Translations under genes and position numbers: made by a program
Shown: piece by piece, positions 11,871 through 23,800 of the stretch
Layout of the letters: each line of letters begins with the position of its first letter
How positions within the stretch are numbered: position 1 is the stretch's first letter
Notes under the pieces: generated by a model
What the model was told of the DNA's origin: nothing
Database searches by the model: none
What the model saw: only the letters and a program-made list of their open reading frames with translations
Assembly: GCA_963575745.1 (NCBI GenBank)
Contig: CAUYUJ010000336.1
Span: forward strand, 186,001-250,000
From: Prorocentrum cordatum
Lineage: Eukaryota
Direction of reading: 5' to 3'
Length of the DNA: 64,000 nt

Positions 11871-13789
11871 TGGGCCCAAATTAGGTCGGCCGATGGTCGA
11901 TCCGATCGAAACGGTACGGAAGGAGTGGGGACTACGACCGACAGCAGTTCCTGGCCATTTTGAGCAGGATTCGCTGTCGGCGTCGCCGTGGATGTTGTCC
12001 ATTTGAGACAGAACGTCGCCTACACAACAACGGTCTCCTACGGTTTTGGACAACATTAGTTGTTGGGCATCGTGCCCATTTCTCCGTACCCATTTCGGTC
12101 CTCCAAGAAAGACGGGGACTAAGGAAGGGGGGCGAAGTTTGCTGCATTTGGCTGGTTTTGGCCCCGCCGCCAGGCTTCGTCTTCGATGCTGATTCGCGGT
12201 CGCTCTGGGCGCCTGGGAGGTGCCCCAGAAAAGAATTCCGCGCCGCTGGTTCCCCAACCCCTGCTGCTCTCCCCATCTCTGTCTGCTCCCAACGCCCTCC
12301 GGGCCAGAAGACGGGGACGCCGTATCCACCCGCCTGGGAGCCCCGGGTCGGCCTGGCCAGGGCCTGTGCCGGTGCGCAGCCGACGTTCCTCGCAGGTGCA
12401 GAGGCAGGGGTTCCATCTCGTCGTCGGCCTCATGATTCTGCTCAACCTGGCCATTGCCTCCGCTCCGCTGCTCTCGGGGGGTGGGAGGAGGGGAGTTGGT
12501 GGTGGAGGAGGAGAGGGAGGAGGAGGAGGAGGAGGAGGAGGAGGAGGAGGAGGAGGAGGAGGAGGAGGAGGATTGAAAAAGGAGGAGGAGGAGGAGTTAC
12601 TTAGGCAGGAGCGTGGGAGGAGGGCGGGGCAAGAGGAGAACAGGAGGATGAGGGGGGCAGGAGAGGAGCAGTAGGGGGGAGGAGGAGGCGGATGAGGGCG
12701 GCGGGGGCGAGGGACATTTTTTTTCTTGGCCAGTGCCCCGCTCACGGCGACCGAGCCATCCGACAGCACAGGCAGCGTGGGCGTGCACGGGTCCGCAGAG
12801 CTTCCGTCACCGAGGGACGCTGGGAAACATCGGTGAGCCAGAGGCCAAGGTCGCGACCAGGAAGAGGAGGAGGAGGAGTAGGAGTAGGAGCCGTGGGACG
12901 CCGTGTCCCGTAGGAAGAGGAGGAGGAGGAGGAGGAGGAGGAGGAGGAGGAGGAGGAGGAGGACCATCACATGGCTGATGAGGGAGGCTAAGGGTTGGCC
13001 GACCCGACCCTAACCCAAAACCTCGTGGCACCGGGCCACCGATGTTCTCCACAACGGCCTCGGGTGAACCATATGGCCGCTGAGACGGCAGGAGGCTGCC
13101 GACGCTGAACGAGAGCGATGGGCCCAGATGTGGCGTTTGCACACTAGCCTCAGCGGCTCTCATTTCCGCCGCCCGCAAAGGGCAACGGGGAGGGGTGCGG
13201 ATGAGCAACGGTCGGGGTGGACTGGCCGACCAAATCCACCCCCGTGCCCAGACCCCACGGAGGGCGGCCCCCTGTGCAACAGTCCCCGCGGAGGGAGCCA
13301 GCCAGCGCTCCACGGCCGTGCAACAGGGCATCGCCAAACAAAACGCAGCAGCGAAAAGGACGGCCAGCATCGCCTGACTGACGGAACCCCACGGCCAGAG
13401 TTCCAGGGCTGGCTGCGCGACGCCAGCACCGCCAGCCAGGACAATACAGTGACCCCAGATCGAACCTGCAGCGGGCTTAGGCTACCGCGGAAAAAAGGGG
13501 TGGGCGAGCGACAGTCGGGGCGGACTGGCTGGGCCAGGTTCACCCTCGTGCCCAGCACACCTCAGAAGACCCTCTGTGCAGCTGTGCCGCAGAGGGTGAG
13601 TACTCCAGCGCGCCTTCCCCCTGAGACGGGGTGCATGACACGCGTGCGGAAGCGCGCACGCACACACACACGCACACGCACAATAATGTCACGAGGCGAC
13701 GCCAGGACGGCGATGCACCGCCAACCCCTGGTGTAAACAACGCCAGGACGGTGGCAGGCCACGTCCCTAGTGTGGGCCGACCTGGATTC

Positions 13790-16700
13790 TTTAAGCTACA
13801 AATGACGGTGACGGGCCAGAGCTTCCCTCCGCTGTAGACGAAACTGCCTGCTCTGCTGTAGACGAAACTGCCTGCTGAACTTCAGCCAGGGCCTTGCGAT
13901 AGAAGAGCTCGAGAGGCACTGGAGATTTGAAAATTTTGCCAGCGCGGGAGCCGCGCTTAGGGTGGGCGAGGTCCCTCGCCCTCGGCAGCTGATCATGCGC
14001 ATTGCTGGACTCTAGTACGCAGGGGCATTGGCTGACAAGACGGCCCCTTGGTTCCCGCATCCGAGTGGGACCCACACGCAGAGCACAAGATGCGCGTGCT
14101 CTCAAGGAGCTTGTACTCGAAGAGAAATAGGCGGTGTCCACGAGGGTTTTGCGCTAGCGAGGCCAGGCCAGCACAGACTCCTGGGCGTCGCTCGCTGATC
14201 CTACGGTTGTATTGATGCAGATCTTTGGCACTGGCGCGGCAGATGGCGCACGCGTGCTTACCGTAAAGAAACTCCCACCGATGGGCCACGCCAGAACATC
14301 CTTGGGAAGCGGACGAGGGGGGAGGCCGCGGAGGGGGAGGGGCGGCCCCAGGATCCCAGGCGTAGGCAGCGGAGGCTGCTCCCATCGGCGCGCTGCTAGA
14401 GACGGGCTTGGCAAGGGCTCCCCCCCCAGGGCGAGGGTCTACAGGGGGCCGCTTGGGAAGGATCTGGGCCACGTAAAACAGGAAGCGCCGCGACAAACTC
14501 CGATCGGCTTTGCCGAGCTCTTTTTCGGTCCCCGAAGGCCTGTTGAAATGAGAGGTGTCGGCTCGCTTGGCTGCTTTGTCCGCAGCGTCGTTACCTTTGG
14601 CGTGGTTATAAGCGTCATTATTGTTAAAGTCTTGCGAGAGGTTCTGATGGGCTTTGAGTCCGACGAGACATCTCCCGGGCGACGCGACGGCGCGGCCCAT
14701 CAGGATTTTGAACCTTGCGTGGGTGTTCCTTTTATAGGATATCCTGGATTCTTGTATAACTGCAAAGCTCCGGCGTAGTCCGTGCGCACTTGTTCGATGA
14801 GCGGAGAGATGGAGCAATCGTCAACAGTGACCAGCATCTTTGCAACCCCAGGCCCTCGTGGAAAGTCTGAGCCCACTTGGCCAGAAAAAAGCGCGAAGGG
14901 TTCTCCGCTCTTCATAGAGACAACTGGCTAACTAGCCCGCCGTCTGATGGCCAGGGCGCAGGGGGGGTCGCATCTGCCGTCGACGTATACATTCCCCACA
15001 CAAGGCCTCTTCCAGAGAAATATTGGCGCCCTGGCGCCAGAACTGCCAGTTGTCCAATCCAGTTCCTCAGCCTCGAGGGGCTCCGATGCAGAAGTCAGGC
15101 TCATGCTGATGTCCGAACTTAATGAGCGGGTCTCTGCCGCGATGCAAGATGAGCTCGAGCCCATCGGTCGAGAACGCACGGCGCCCCTCGGGTTGGGGCA
15201 GCTGGCAATCGAACAAACGATGGCGGAGGCAGTCCGACGAGGCGCCACAGTCGCAGGCGCAATCCACGGGGTAACCCTCGTTTTTGGCTCTGGCCTTGGC
15301 CCAGCACCCTTGAGATAGAAAAAGGTTTAAAGGCTCCCTCGTTCTTGTTTGCTGAGGCTCTAAAACGCCGGTCGCTATACTGCTATCCTGGGCAGCGCCT
15401 GGGTGGCCCAGTTTGTCGGCCGCTTGCTGGCGCAGCTGGCGAAGCCAAGCTTTCTTCGTGAGTTTCTGGACGAGCGCGGGCGAAACTCAAGTTAAAGGAT
15501 ACTGTGCGCCGTCCTTGGACTGGAAAACTACAGGCGAAATTAGAGTCCAGCCGATGCGATGCAAGAATAGCAGCATGGCTCCGAAAAGGCCCGCGCACGC
15601 TGCCCAAACGAGTGGGGGCGCGGCCCATGAAGGGGCCTCACCGCGGGAGAGGAGGGCCGACGAGGGAGCAAGATCTTGGATTGCGTTGGCGGCGGCTGCC
15701 CTATCAATTAACTGCCGCACTAGAGCAGGCCCCAGGGCTCGCTTCCAGGTTGGGTCTCCCGCGAGGAGCAAGCTGAGGGCCCTGCTTCCTGTGGCGCAAC
15801 TTGGGCCCAGCTAACTTTAGATATTGTTGTTGGGCTATCGCGAGCTGGGAGTTAATGGGGCCTCTCACTCCATGCCCAACAGACGTGGCTGCGAATATGC
15901 CCGTGTTATAGATCGTCCCGGCGTCTCCCCCAGCCTCTTGATCGCCCCCCGGCCCCTTCATCCGCTTCTTGATATTGTTCATCCTTGCCGTGGCGAGCCT
16001 GTCCTTCCCCCATTTGCACTGAGGGGCGCCAGCTGCTGTCGCGCAGCCGTGGTTCGGGCCCGCGATGTCCAGCATCGTGCCTGCTCTCTCGCGAAGCTTT
16101 TCTTTCCTGATTCCTTCGCGCAGCTCTGGAGTGGAGGCGAGCATCTGAGTCTTGGCAAGGGCGGCTGAGCTGTCGAGGTCATGCTGGATGCGCTGGATTA
16201 AACTGCGGCCCCCCCGATCTAGTCTGGCTATGACTGCGCTGGCCTGGCGCGCGCGCGTTTTCATGAGGAGGTCACCCATGAACGTAAACATGTCTAAATT
16301 GGGGTTCTGCTGGGTCCAGGAGTCGAGGGGGTCTAGCGTGTACATCTGTTTGAGATGCGCTGCAAACCCACACCCCGCTGCCATACCGTATACAGTATGT
16401 CCACCGACGCGACGAGATCCTGGAGGGCGACATATCTGTGGTCAGCGCAGATGTTGAGGATAATTCGGAGCAGGGTCGCAGGAAACCCATTGCGTTGGGT
16501 TTGCGTAGCTAGCTTGTCTCTATTGATGTGCCCGCTATAGTTGCTGAGATCGTAGAGAAGCATATCAGAAACAAGTTGCTTGTGACGCTTGCTGAGGCTC
16601 TCGCAATCGAGGCTTTGCTTGATGAGCGCGGCTTCTACAATGGAGTGACTTGCTAGATGAACGAGGAAAGGCCGTCTATGATGGCGTTCACATTCGGGCG

Positions 16701-17490
16701 CAGCTCACTGTCTTACTTTTGCAGCCCACACTCTACACAGGCCCGACATCATTCCAATGGATCTCATTGCTGGCTTAGTTGATTGTGGGTATTGCTGTTA
16801 GTGCGTCGTGGTCAGAACAGAAATGTTGGCCTGTACCTGTGCGGGCATGAAACCTGGTCGTTCGATAATGTGGAGCAGCTTGGCGACCAGGTTAGCCTGC
16901 TGCTCAGGCTGCGAACAGGTTAGCCTGTGCTTGGTGAGACTAGGAGCAGCTTAGCGAAGTGCCTGGGGTGTAAACCGTTTCAGGTCGAAGCTGCCCGAGG
17001 CGGAAAGTTGTTGCGCGGCTTCTCTCCCGTCATGGGGCCCAGGGCGACTCGGACATCTATTGCACTGGGTATGGGGCTTTCTTTCGGGGTGTCGGACACG
17101 CCCCAGATGTTCGCGCGCCTCTCCGCTTCGCCTTCTAAAGTGCTGCTCGGTCGTCCAGGCCATCTTCCTCGCAAGTATGTGGTAGCTGGCTTCCAAGCGT
17201 CTAAACAACTGGTCCATCTGCGAGCCCAGCCGACGCTTTCTTGGAGCGAGCTTTGGACCAATGGTGCCCATGCTTTTAAATCTTCCGAAAATTGTTTCTT
17301 CCTCTCGGAGTCGATGTTTGCGTGTAGATCCTGGAGAAACTGGCTGGTGGCCTGGTCGGCTGCGCCCTCGGATAAGACTCCAGCTGCGATGTCAGCCAGC
17401 AGTAATTCGCACCGCTGGGCGACCGTCTGCAACCTGGCCTTCAGGTCGCTAGCGGCGTGGAACTTCCAGACTCTTGCCCTTGGGGGCGTC
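13790..17490 (-). pseudogene. LINE-B ORF2 remnant (pre-RT helical region, RT, RNase H, Cys/His motifs) with stops and frameshifts
   Basis: Motifs distributed over ORFs 16980-17969, 16333-16563, 15704-16384, 14928-15248 and 13993-14817 (HACAICRAS, ILCSACGSH). Confidence 0.8.
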
Positions 17491-18048
17491 CATCTACGCA
17501 TTCTTGAGTATCTCCAAGGCGTCTGTGTACTCGCGCCCATTGGCTCCGACCCATGTCTTCCAGAATGTGACCTGGGCCTGCGCCGGTGCGACGTGGTCTG
17601 GTTGGGCAGGGACCCCTGGTTCGTTGTCTGGCGCCTGCTGTTGCGATGGCTGCTCCTCGTCGCCGCCGCCCACGAAGCGGACTCGAGATTCCCAGGCGGC
17701 GCCGCGTCCTCCTCGACCACTGGGGCGGGGCAGATGGGAGGGTTGCCTGCTGCTCGCTCTGCTCTGCTGGCCGTCGGCCTGGAGGTGCGCGCCGCACTGC
17801 GAGCAAGCCTTGGCGGGCGCCCATTCCCACCCGCGGCAGCTGGCGCGAGGGCACACAAAGTACTTGCCGCGGGGAGCCATGTCGCAGCGCTGACGAGGGC
17901 GAGGGTGCCAAGAAACAGACTGGAGAGACCGTGGTTGCGTGCGGAGCTCGGGCTCCGAACCTTGGGCATGAGGGGCCTGAGGCAGGGGCTGCCCTGCCAC
18001 CGTCGGAGGGCCTGCTTTGGGGCAGCTCGCCTCGAGCCAGCCCCTCGG

Positions 18049-18070
18049 CTTGAACCAAAATGGCTACGGG
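18049..18070 (-). other. Spliced leader copy at the 5' end of LINE-B (CCCGTAGCCATTTTGGTTCAAG)
   Basis: Plus strand reads CTTGAACCAAAATGGCTACGGG. Positions 2-22 match DinoSL at 20 of 21 nt, and position 1 is C instead of D. Confidence 0.9.
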
Positions 18071-19489
18071 GGAGGAGGAGGAGGAGGAGGAGGAGGAGGA
18101 GGAGGAGGAGGAGGAACTCCGCTCTTCCGTCCTCCTCTCCTCCCCGTCACCCTCCCCGGGCAACCCTCCTCCATCCAGTAGTTTTCTGATGTATGTACCT
18201 TTCCTTGCGACCCCGTGCGGCAACGACCGCTGGGGGTGCGAGTGGGCAGCGACAGCGATAGAAGGAGGAAGACGAGGAGGACGACGACTATCCAGCTGAT
18301 TCTCATGTCTTTCGCCAGTGTGTGCTTCCAGGAGGCTTCTCGTCGCCACGGTTGGACTCCAGTTGAAATTTGTGAAGTGAAAAGTTGAGAAGGCAACCGT
18401 CATTCAACAGCCATATAACTAAAACTTGGTGCTTGTCTCTTGGGGGTCTCTTCGGGGCGCGCTTGGTGTCCTCTCGGGGCCTAGAGTCATGATGGAGGCC
18501 ATCATGGAGGCCATCTTGAGCTATCTGATGCCGCATTGAAACCATCTTGGCCCAAGAGCATCTCAAGTCTGCCCCCGAGTTCTCCGCATCTAGCATAACA
18601 CCATGCGTTAGTGAATGAGTTTGATTGAATGCGTGCCGGCTCTGGCTACTGGAGCCGGCACGCAGACTTCCTGTCCTGTCCTGTCCTGTCCTGGGGCTCT
18701 CTTGGGCGATCTTGGGGCCATCTTGCGTCTTCAGGGGCCAATCAAGGGCGAAACGGCGAGAAGGCACAGATCATTGAACAGCCTTACGTGTCTGGGCGAT
18801 TCTGGCCTCTCGGGGGTGTCCTTGGGAGGCTCAGTGGCTACTGGGAGCTGCCTTGCGGTGGTCTTGGGGCGTCTTGGAGGCATTTCGAATGTCATCTTGA
18901 TCTATCTTGGGCAACATTGAGCAGTCTTGGAGGCCAAGTTCCCAGCGGGAACGCCACGAGTTGTCTCGTTCACTTCTGCCCGCCCTCCCTCCATGCAGGC
19001 ACCACCCTAGACTATGCTTAGACAGAGGTCGAACACACATCAAGTGGGAACCAACACAGACGCCAGGTGCGCGACGCTCGGGAGGTGCGCCACGCGTGCC
19101 ATGTGTGCTGCGCGCGCCAGGTACGCCATGGTGCCCCAGGGGCATCGGACGCCAGGCGCGCCAGACGCGCCACGTGCTCCACGGTCGCGGAGCTTGCCAC
19201 CTGCTCCAACCGTGCCAGGTCCGCGGCTCGTGCAGCGTGCGCCAGGTGGGCCAGTGGACGCGGAAGCGCAACATCGGGCAATGTGTCGAACCCACGTCCA
19301 TTTGATACGAGACCACTTCAAAGTGGCGGCAGGGTGGTCAGCCTTGTGAAGAGCGCGTGGACAAAACGCACCCCTGGACACACATGGGGGCCCATATACA
19401 TATATCGGCGCACCGGGTCCGGGGGCCCGGGGGCCGGGACCCCGACCACAAATGTGGGCCCCGGGGGGCCCGGAGGCTCGTCGGACCGC

Positions 19490-20800
19490 CGGACGCCGTC
19501 CAAGATCGTTCGCAGGCGGCTTCAGAACGCGCTCCGATGGCTCCAGATGCCTTCCAAGACGCCTGTCATGACACCAAGAAGGTCCCAGAAGCCTCCAAGA
19601 CGCTCCGAGAGGCAGCCCAAGAGAGGCCCAAGAAGCAAAAATCGTGCCATTCCTATGGGAAAACGTATATTTTTCGCATGTTCGCCTCTTGGGCTTTCGC
19701 CGCGTTCAAGACGGCCCAAGAGGCGCCCAAGACCGCCCCAAGACGGCCCAAGAAGCTTCCAAGAGGGCCCCAGGACAGCCCAAGAGGGCCCCAAGACGGC
19801 CCAAGAGGCGCCCAAGATGGCCCAAGAGGGCCCCAAGACGGGCCCAAGAGGGGCCCAGAGGGGGACCACGAACCGCAAGCTCGAGCCTTCCGCCCCAAGA
19901 GGCCGCCAGGAGGCCCCAAGGAGGCCCCTCAAGAGGCCCCAGGAGACCCCCAAGAGGCTCCCAACACGGCCTAGGTGGCCCCCAAGAGAGTTCCAAGACG
20001 GTTCACGAGGCGCCCAGGACGGCAAAATTGGATTCCAAAATGGCCTAAGAGAGCCCCAAGGCGTGCCCGAGAGGGGTCCCAGAGGGAGAAAGCCATTGCA
20101 GAATTCCGAGCTTTCGGCCCCAAGAGGCTCCAGGAGGCGCTTGGAAACCACTGCCTCGAACCCCCAATCTGGGTCCACCCCACCTGGGGCCTCCTCGGCC
20201 GCTCCCCGGCCGCTCAAGACAGCCCTTGGGACGCTCCAAGAGCGCCCACGATGGCTTCCAGACTGCCCAAGAGGTTGCCAAGAGCACCCGAAAGCGCCAC
20301 AAGGGGTCCCCAGGACTGGTCCAGATGACTTCCCAGTACCCTAGATGGTTTCAAGACGGCCCAAGAGGCCCCGAAAACGCCCCAAGAGGCCCCAACGAGG
20401 ACCCGACGAAGCAAAAATCGGCACATTCCCTTCGGAAAACGTACATTTTTAGCATATTCGCTTGTTTGGTCTCGAGAGCGTCCAAGACGTCCCAAGAAGC
20501 CCCCTAGATCCTCCCAAGTCGGCCCCGGAGGCCCAAAGAGGGCCCCAAAACGGCCCAAGAGAGCACCAAGACGGCCCAAGAGAGCCCCATGACGGCCCAA
20601 GAGCGGCCTCAAAGGGCCCAAAAGGCTCCCAAGAGAGCCCTGCGCGAGCCACAGGAGACCCCCAAGAGGGTCCAACAGGGCCCCAAGACGGGCCCAAGAC
20701 GGCCCCGGCCTCCCAAGTCTGCCCAATAGCGCTCCGGGACGGCCTTCGAGGGCCCCATAAGAGCCCCAAAAGACCCCAAGAGCGCCGCCAAGAAAACCCA
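19490..20800 (+). repeat. CCAAGA/GGCCC-rich degenerate satellite
   Basis: Recurrent GGCCCAAGA(G/C) units. Related patches at 18430-18940, 26365-26520 and, in reverse, 62340-63660. Confidence 0.85.
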
Positions 20801-23800
20801 ATCATGCCACTCTGTGTGGTTTTCTGATGTTTACGCGTTCTCGCCTCTCCAGTCTCTCAGAACCCCAAAAAGGCTTGAAACATTCGCTCTACCAAGAGGA
20901 TCCCAATATGTTGTAATTCTTCCCTGGCCTGCGCTAGAACCTAAGCGCGCGCGAAGCGCGCGCGTGGTTCTAGTTCCATATGTGACGCAGTTGCTCGCGG
21001 AGGCATGCGCGGAAGACTTACGCGGACTGGCGAATTCGCCTCGGTCGTTTTCTATGTTGAGTGGATCTCGCGGGAGATTTTGCCAGCCACTATCCGTCAG
21101 CATGATTGTTCACGGGACGCATTTTCCGAATGTGTTGTGTAGCACGCGTGTTCCCAGTCCGCCTGGTGCATCAATACGGCGCTATCTACATAACCGTTGC
21201 CGCCACCCTTCGACTGGGTGGGCATCCGAGGGCACAGCTCCCTCCATGAACGATGGCCAGTTGCCCGTTTTTGGGGTGGTCAGCGAAGGCACTCAGGGTC
21301 ATGGATACGGATGCAGCAGGGCATTATCAGCCTTAGACCGCCCGCGCGCCAACGCAGATGTTGATTAATGGTCATCTGCAAGACAGCGCAAGCACGGACA
21401 GCACGGAACTTATTCGGACGTCTTCGGTCGATGCATGGCATCGCACAGCTGGCGGCATGTCGCACCAGACGTGGCAGTGTGAGCAGACCCCCCGCCTGAT
21501 TCCCCGCCAGGCGCATACCCTTCCCTCCACCCCACATCCCTGTTTCTCCTCCTTCTGAATATCTGTTTCTCCTAGATCGCCGAGGTGGCTGGCAGGGTGG
21601 CAGGTTGCTCCGAGGATTCTCCGTCCCGTCCTCCCTCACTCTCCTTCCTTCTGCAGTTACTCTTTTGACCCTGCTCGTCCTTCCCTTCCTCAGGTCCCTC
21701 CTCTGACTTCTGTGTGTCCTCCCTCCTATTGGAACCCCTGTTCTGCAACCTTACCCTCATCTTCTTCCTCTTCAGAACTCTACCCGACGAGGGAACGGGC
21801 GGTCCACCCTCCCCTCTTCCTCCGCGCTCCTGGTATTCCCAATACATCGGCGTCGTCCACTGTAGCTTCTCATTTCATCATCACCGCCATCCTCTATGCA
21901 TGCAGGAATGTCTTACTTTCTCCCTGGTGATTCTTCCCTCTTCTCCGTGACAGTCGCCCCCTCCTGCGTCCCCACCATCCGCCCCATTGGTGTTGTCCGC
22001 ATCACCCTCCTGATCCGTTGTGCCACGTGACCTTCTGAGGCCGACGAGATACTGCCGGTGTCGCTGCGCTTCCCAATTCTGCCCCGTTGCCCCCCCGTCC
22101 CTTCCTTCTTCCTCAAGGTGACTATCGTAGTTTCGACTGACTACGAGCACGTAGTTGTTCCTGTGGGTTGCAACAAGTGCGAGGCGGGCCGCATCGGGGG
22201 GGCCTTGTCATGCGCAAGCGGAGCGTAAAACACCTTGCACGTTGCGAATAGTAAGCCCAATATAATGGAGGATGCGATATTGACGACTCGTGTGGGAGGG
22301 GCTCTGGGAGGATGCATGATATTGGATTGACTGAATATTGTCACGGCTGGGTCCATGGTGGTCGGATGCGACGTGCGTGCTTGACTAATTGATTGCAGCC
22401 GATACATCTGAATATTGCGTAATGCAGTGGCTTACCCCTCATCGAGTACAGATTAGCGTCGGAGGAACAAACGAGGATGTGTCGCAAGACAATGGGGATC
22501 CAGAGGTGGAGGCAACGATTGAGAAGTTCAGGCGGAGAAGGGTTTGAGGCGGAGAAGGAGAAACGCAAGAAGGGGTCATTTAGCGACAAGTCGGAGACGG
22601 CAAGGAGAGAGCGAACGTACGAACAGCAGTTTTGCAATAGCACGTGCCAGCGCTAAAGTACATTGCTACGCGTGATACACAGCATATGCTTTGTATTCAA
22701 TATTTGTATGATCATTTTCACGAGTGTATGCTGCGTCCCACGGCGAAGGAGCCGCACTTGATGGGCACCCGCGGCCATCTCGCTCAAGCCCCGAGCGACC
22801 TCCGCGTGGTCCCTTGCTGCTTCCCCGCTCGCGTGGGTGCGCCTCGCCCACTCTCCTGATAGCAGTGCCCTCGGTCCATGGCGGGCGGTGGTGCCAGCTC
22901 CTGGGGGCTGGTCGGGGACGAGGGGCAGCGGGAAAGGGCAGCGGGGTCCTCCGCGGCCGAGCTGGCCGCTCAGCACCGCCGCGTCGCGGCGCCCGCCGCC
23001 CGGGCGCAGAGCCTGACCCGGCCCTAGCGGCGTTCCGTCGACCGCGCCCCGGGCCGAGCTCGACGAAGTCTTCCTCTCGGTGCGCCAGTTCCTGGAACCT
23101 CGCGTGCGCCAGCGCCTGTACAGCATCGTGGGCCAAACGCAGGTTGAGGTGCTCAGGTACCTCATCGCGACCGACCACGGTGTGTATCTCTCGGACGTGA
23201 TCTGGGCTGCTCCTCCCGGGGTGATCTTGATCGATGGCCGCTCCTTGGTTTTTTCCGGGTCACGGGCGAGGTCACGGTCATCGCCTCGCTCCAGGCTCAT
23301 GGGCGCGAGGCCTCCCCGCCGGCGCTGGGCGTGCCCTGGCAGCCGGACGCGGCGAGCATCGTCACTTCGGACGATGAAGAGTGCGACGTGGTCTACATGG
23401 GTTGCCCGGATGTGCTGCGATGGGACGTTTTCCCTGGCGACGCCGCGGGCGGCGCCGTAGTCGTTGCCCGCGCGTCCTCGCTAGTGTTGCCAGCGCCACT
23501 GGCCCTGGCGGCCCCGGCAGCAACCGCTCGCCTGCAGCAGCCGGTGTCGGACTACCCCTTCGGCTTCCGGAAGGTCGGCTCCGGGGCGGCGGTCATCCGA
23601 CTCTTGGAGCATCAGTGGTCGGACCGGCCCATGGGGGGTCCCTGCCCGACGATATGGGTGTGCACCTTCATCGAGACAAATGACATGTCCCCCATAGGGT
23701 TCCAGAGCAAGTGCCCCAAGGGCCACTTCGCCCAGACCCACTCTGGGGCGGAAGACCCCCAGCGCCTCGCTCAGCTTCGACTTGGAACTGATGGTGACCT

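Larger units (their letters stand above)
12963..18070 (-). mobile_element. Non-LTR retrotransposon LINE-B (ORF1 fragment, RT, RNase H; APE absent), 5' SL-capped, between two (GGA)n tracts; 3' boundary tentative
   Basis: SL at 18049-18070. ORF1 start MAPRGKYFVCPRASCRGWEW..CSQC at 17880. RT motifs RSIGMMSGLCRVW (~16760), LLYDLSNY, AAGCGFA, FTFMGDLL. RNase H motifs VYVDG (~14985) and GNDAADKAAK (~14580). GGA runs at 12917-12962 and 18071-18115. Confidence 0.8.

Noticed and set aside
19067..20344. 425-aa ORF and overlapping ORFs
   Set aside because: The frames are open because the CCAAGA satellite is poor in stop codons.
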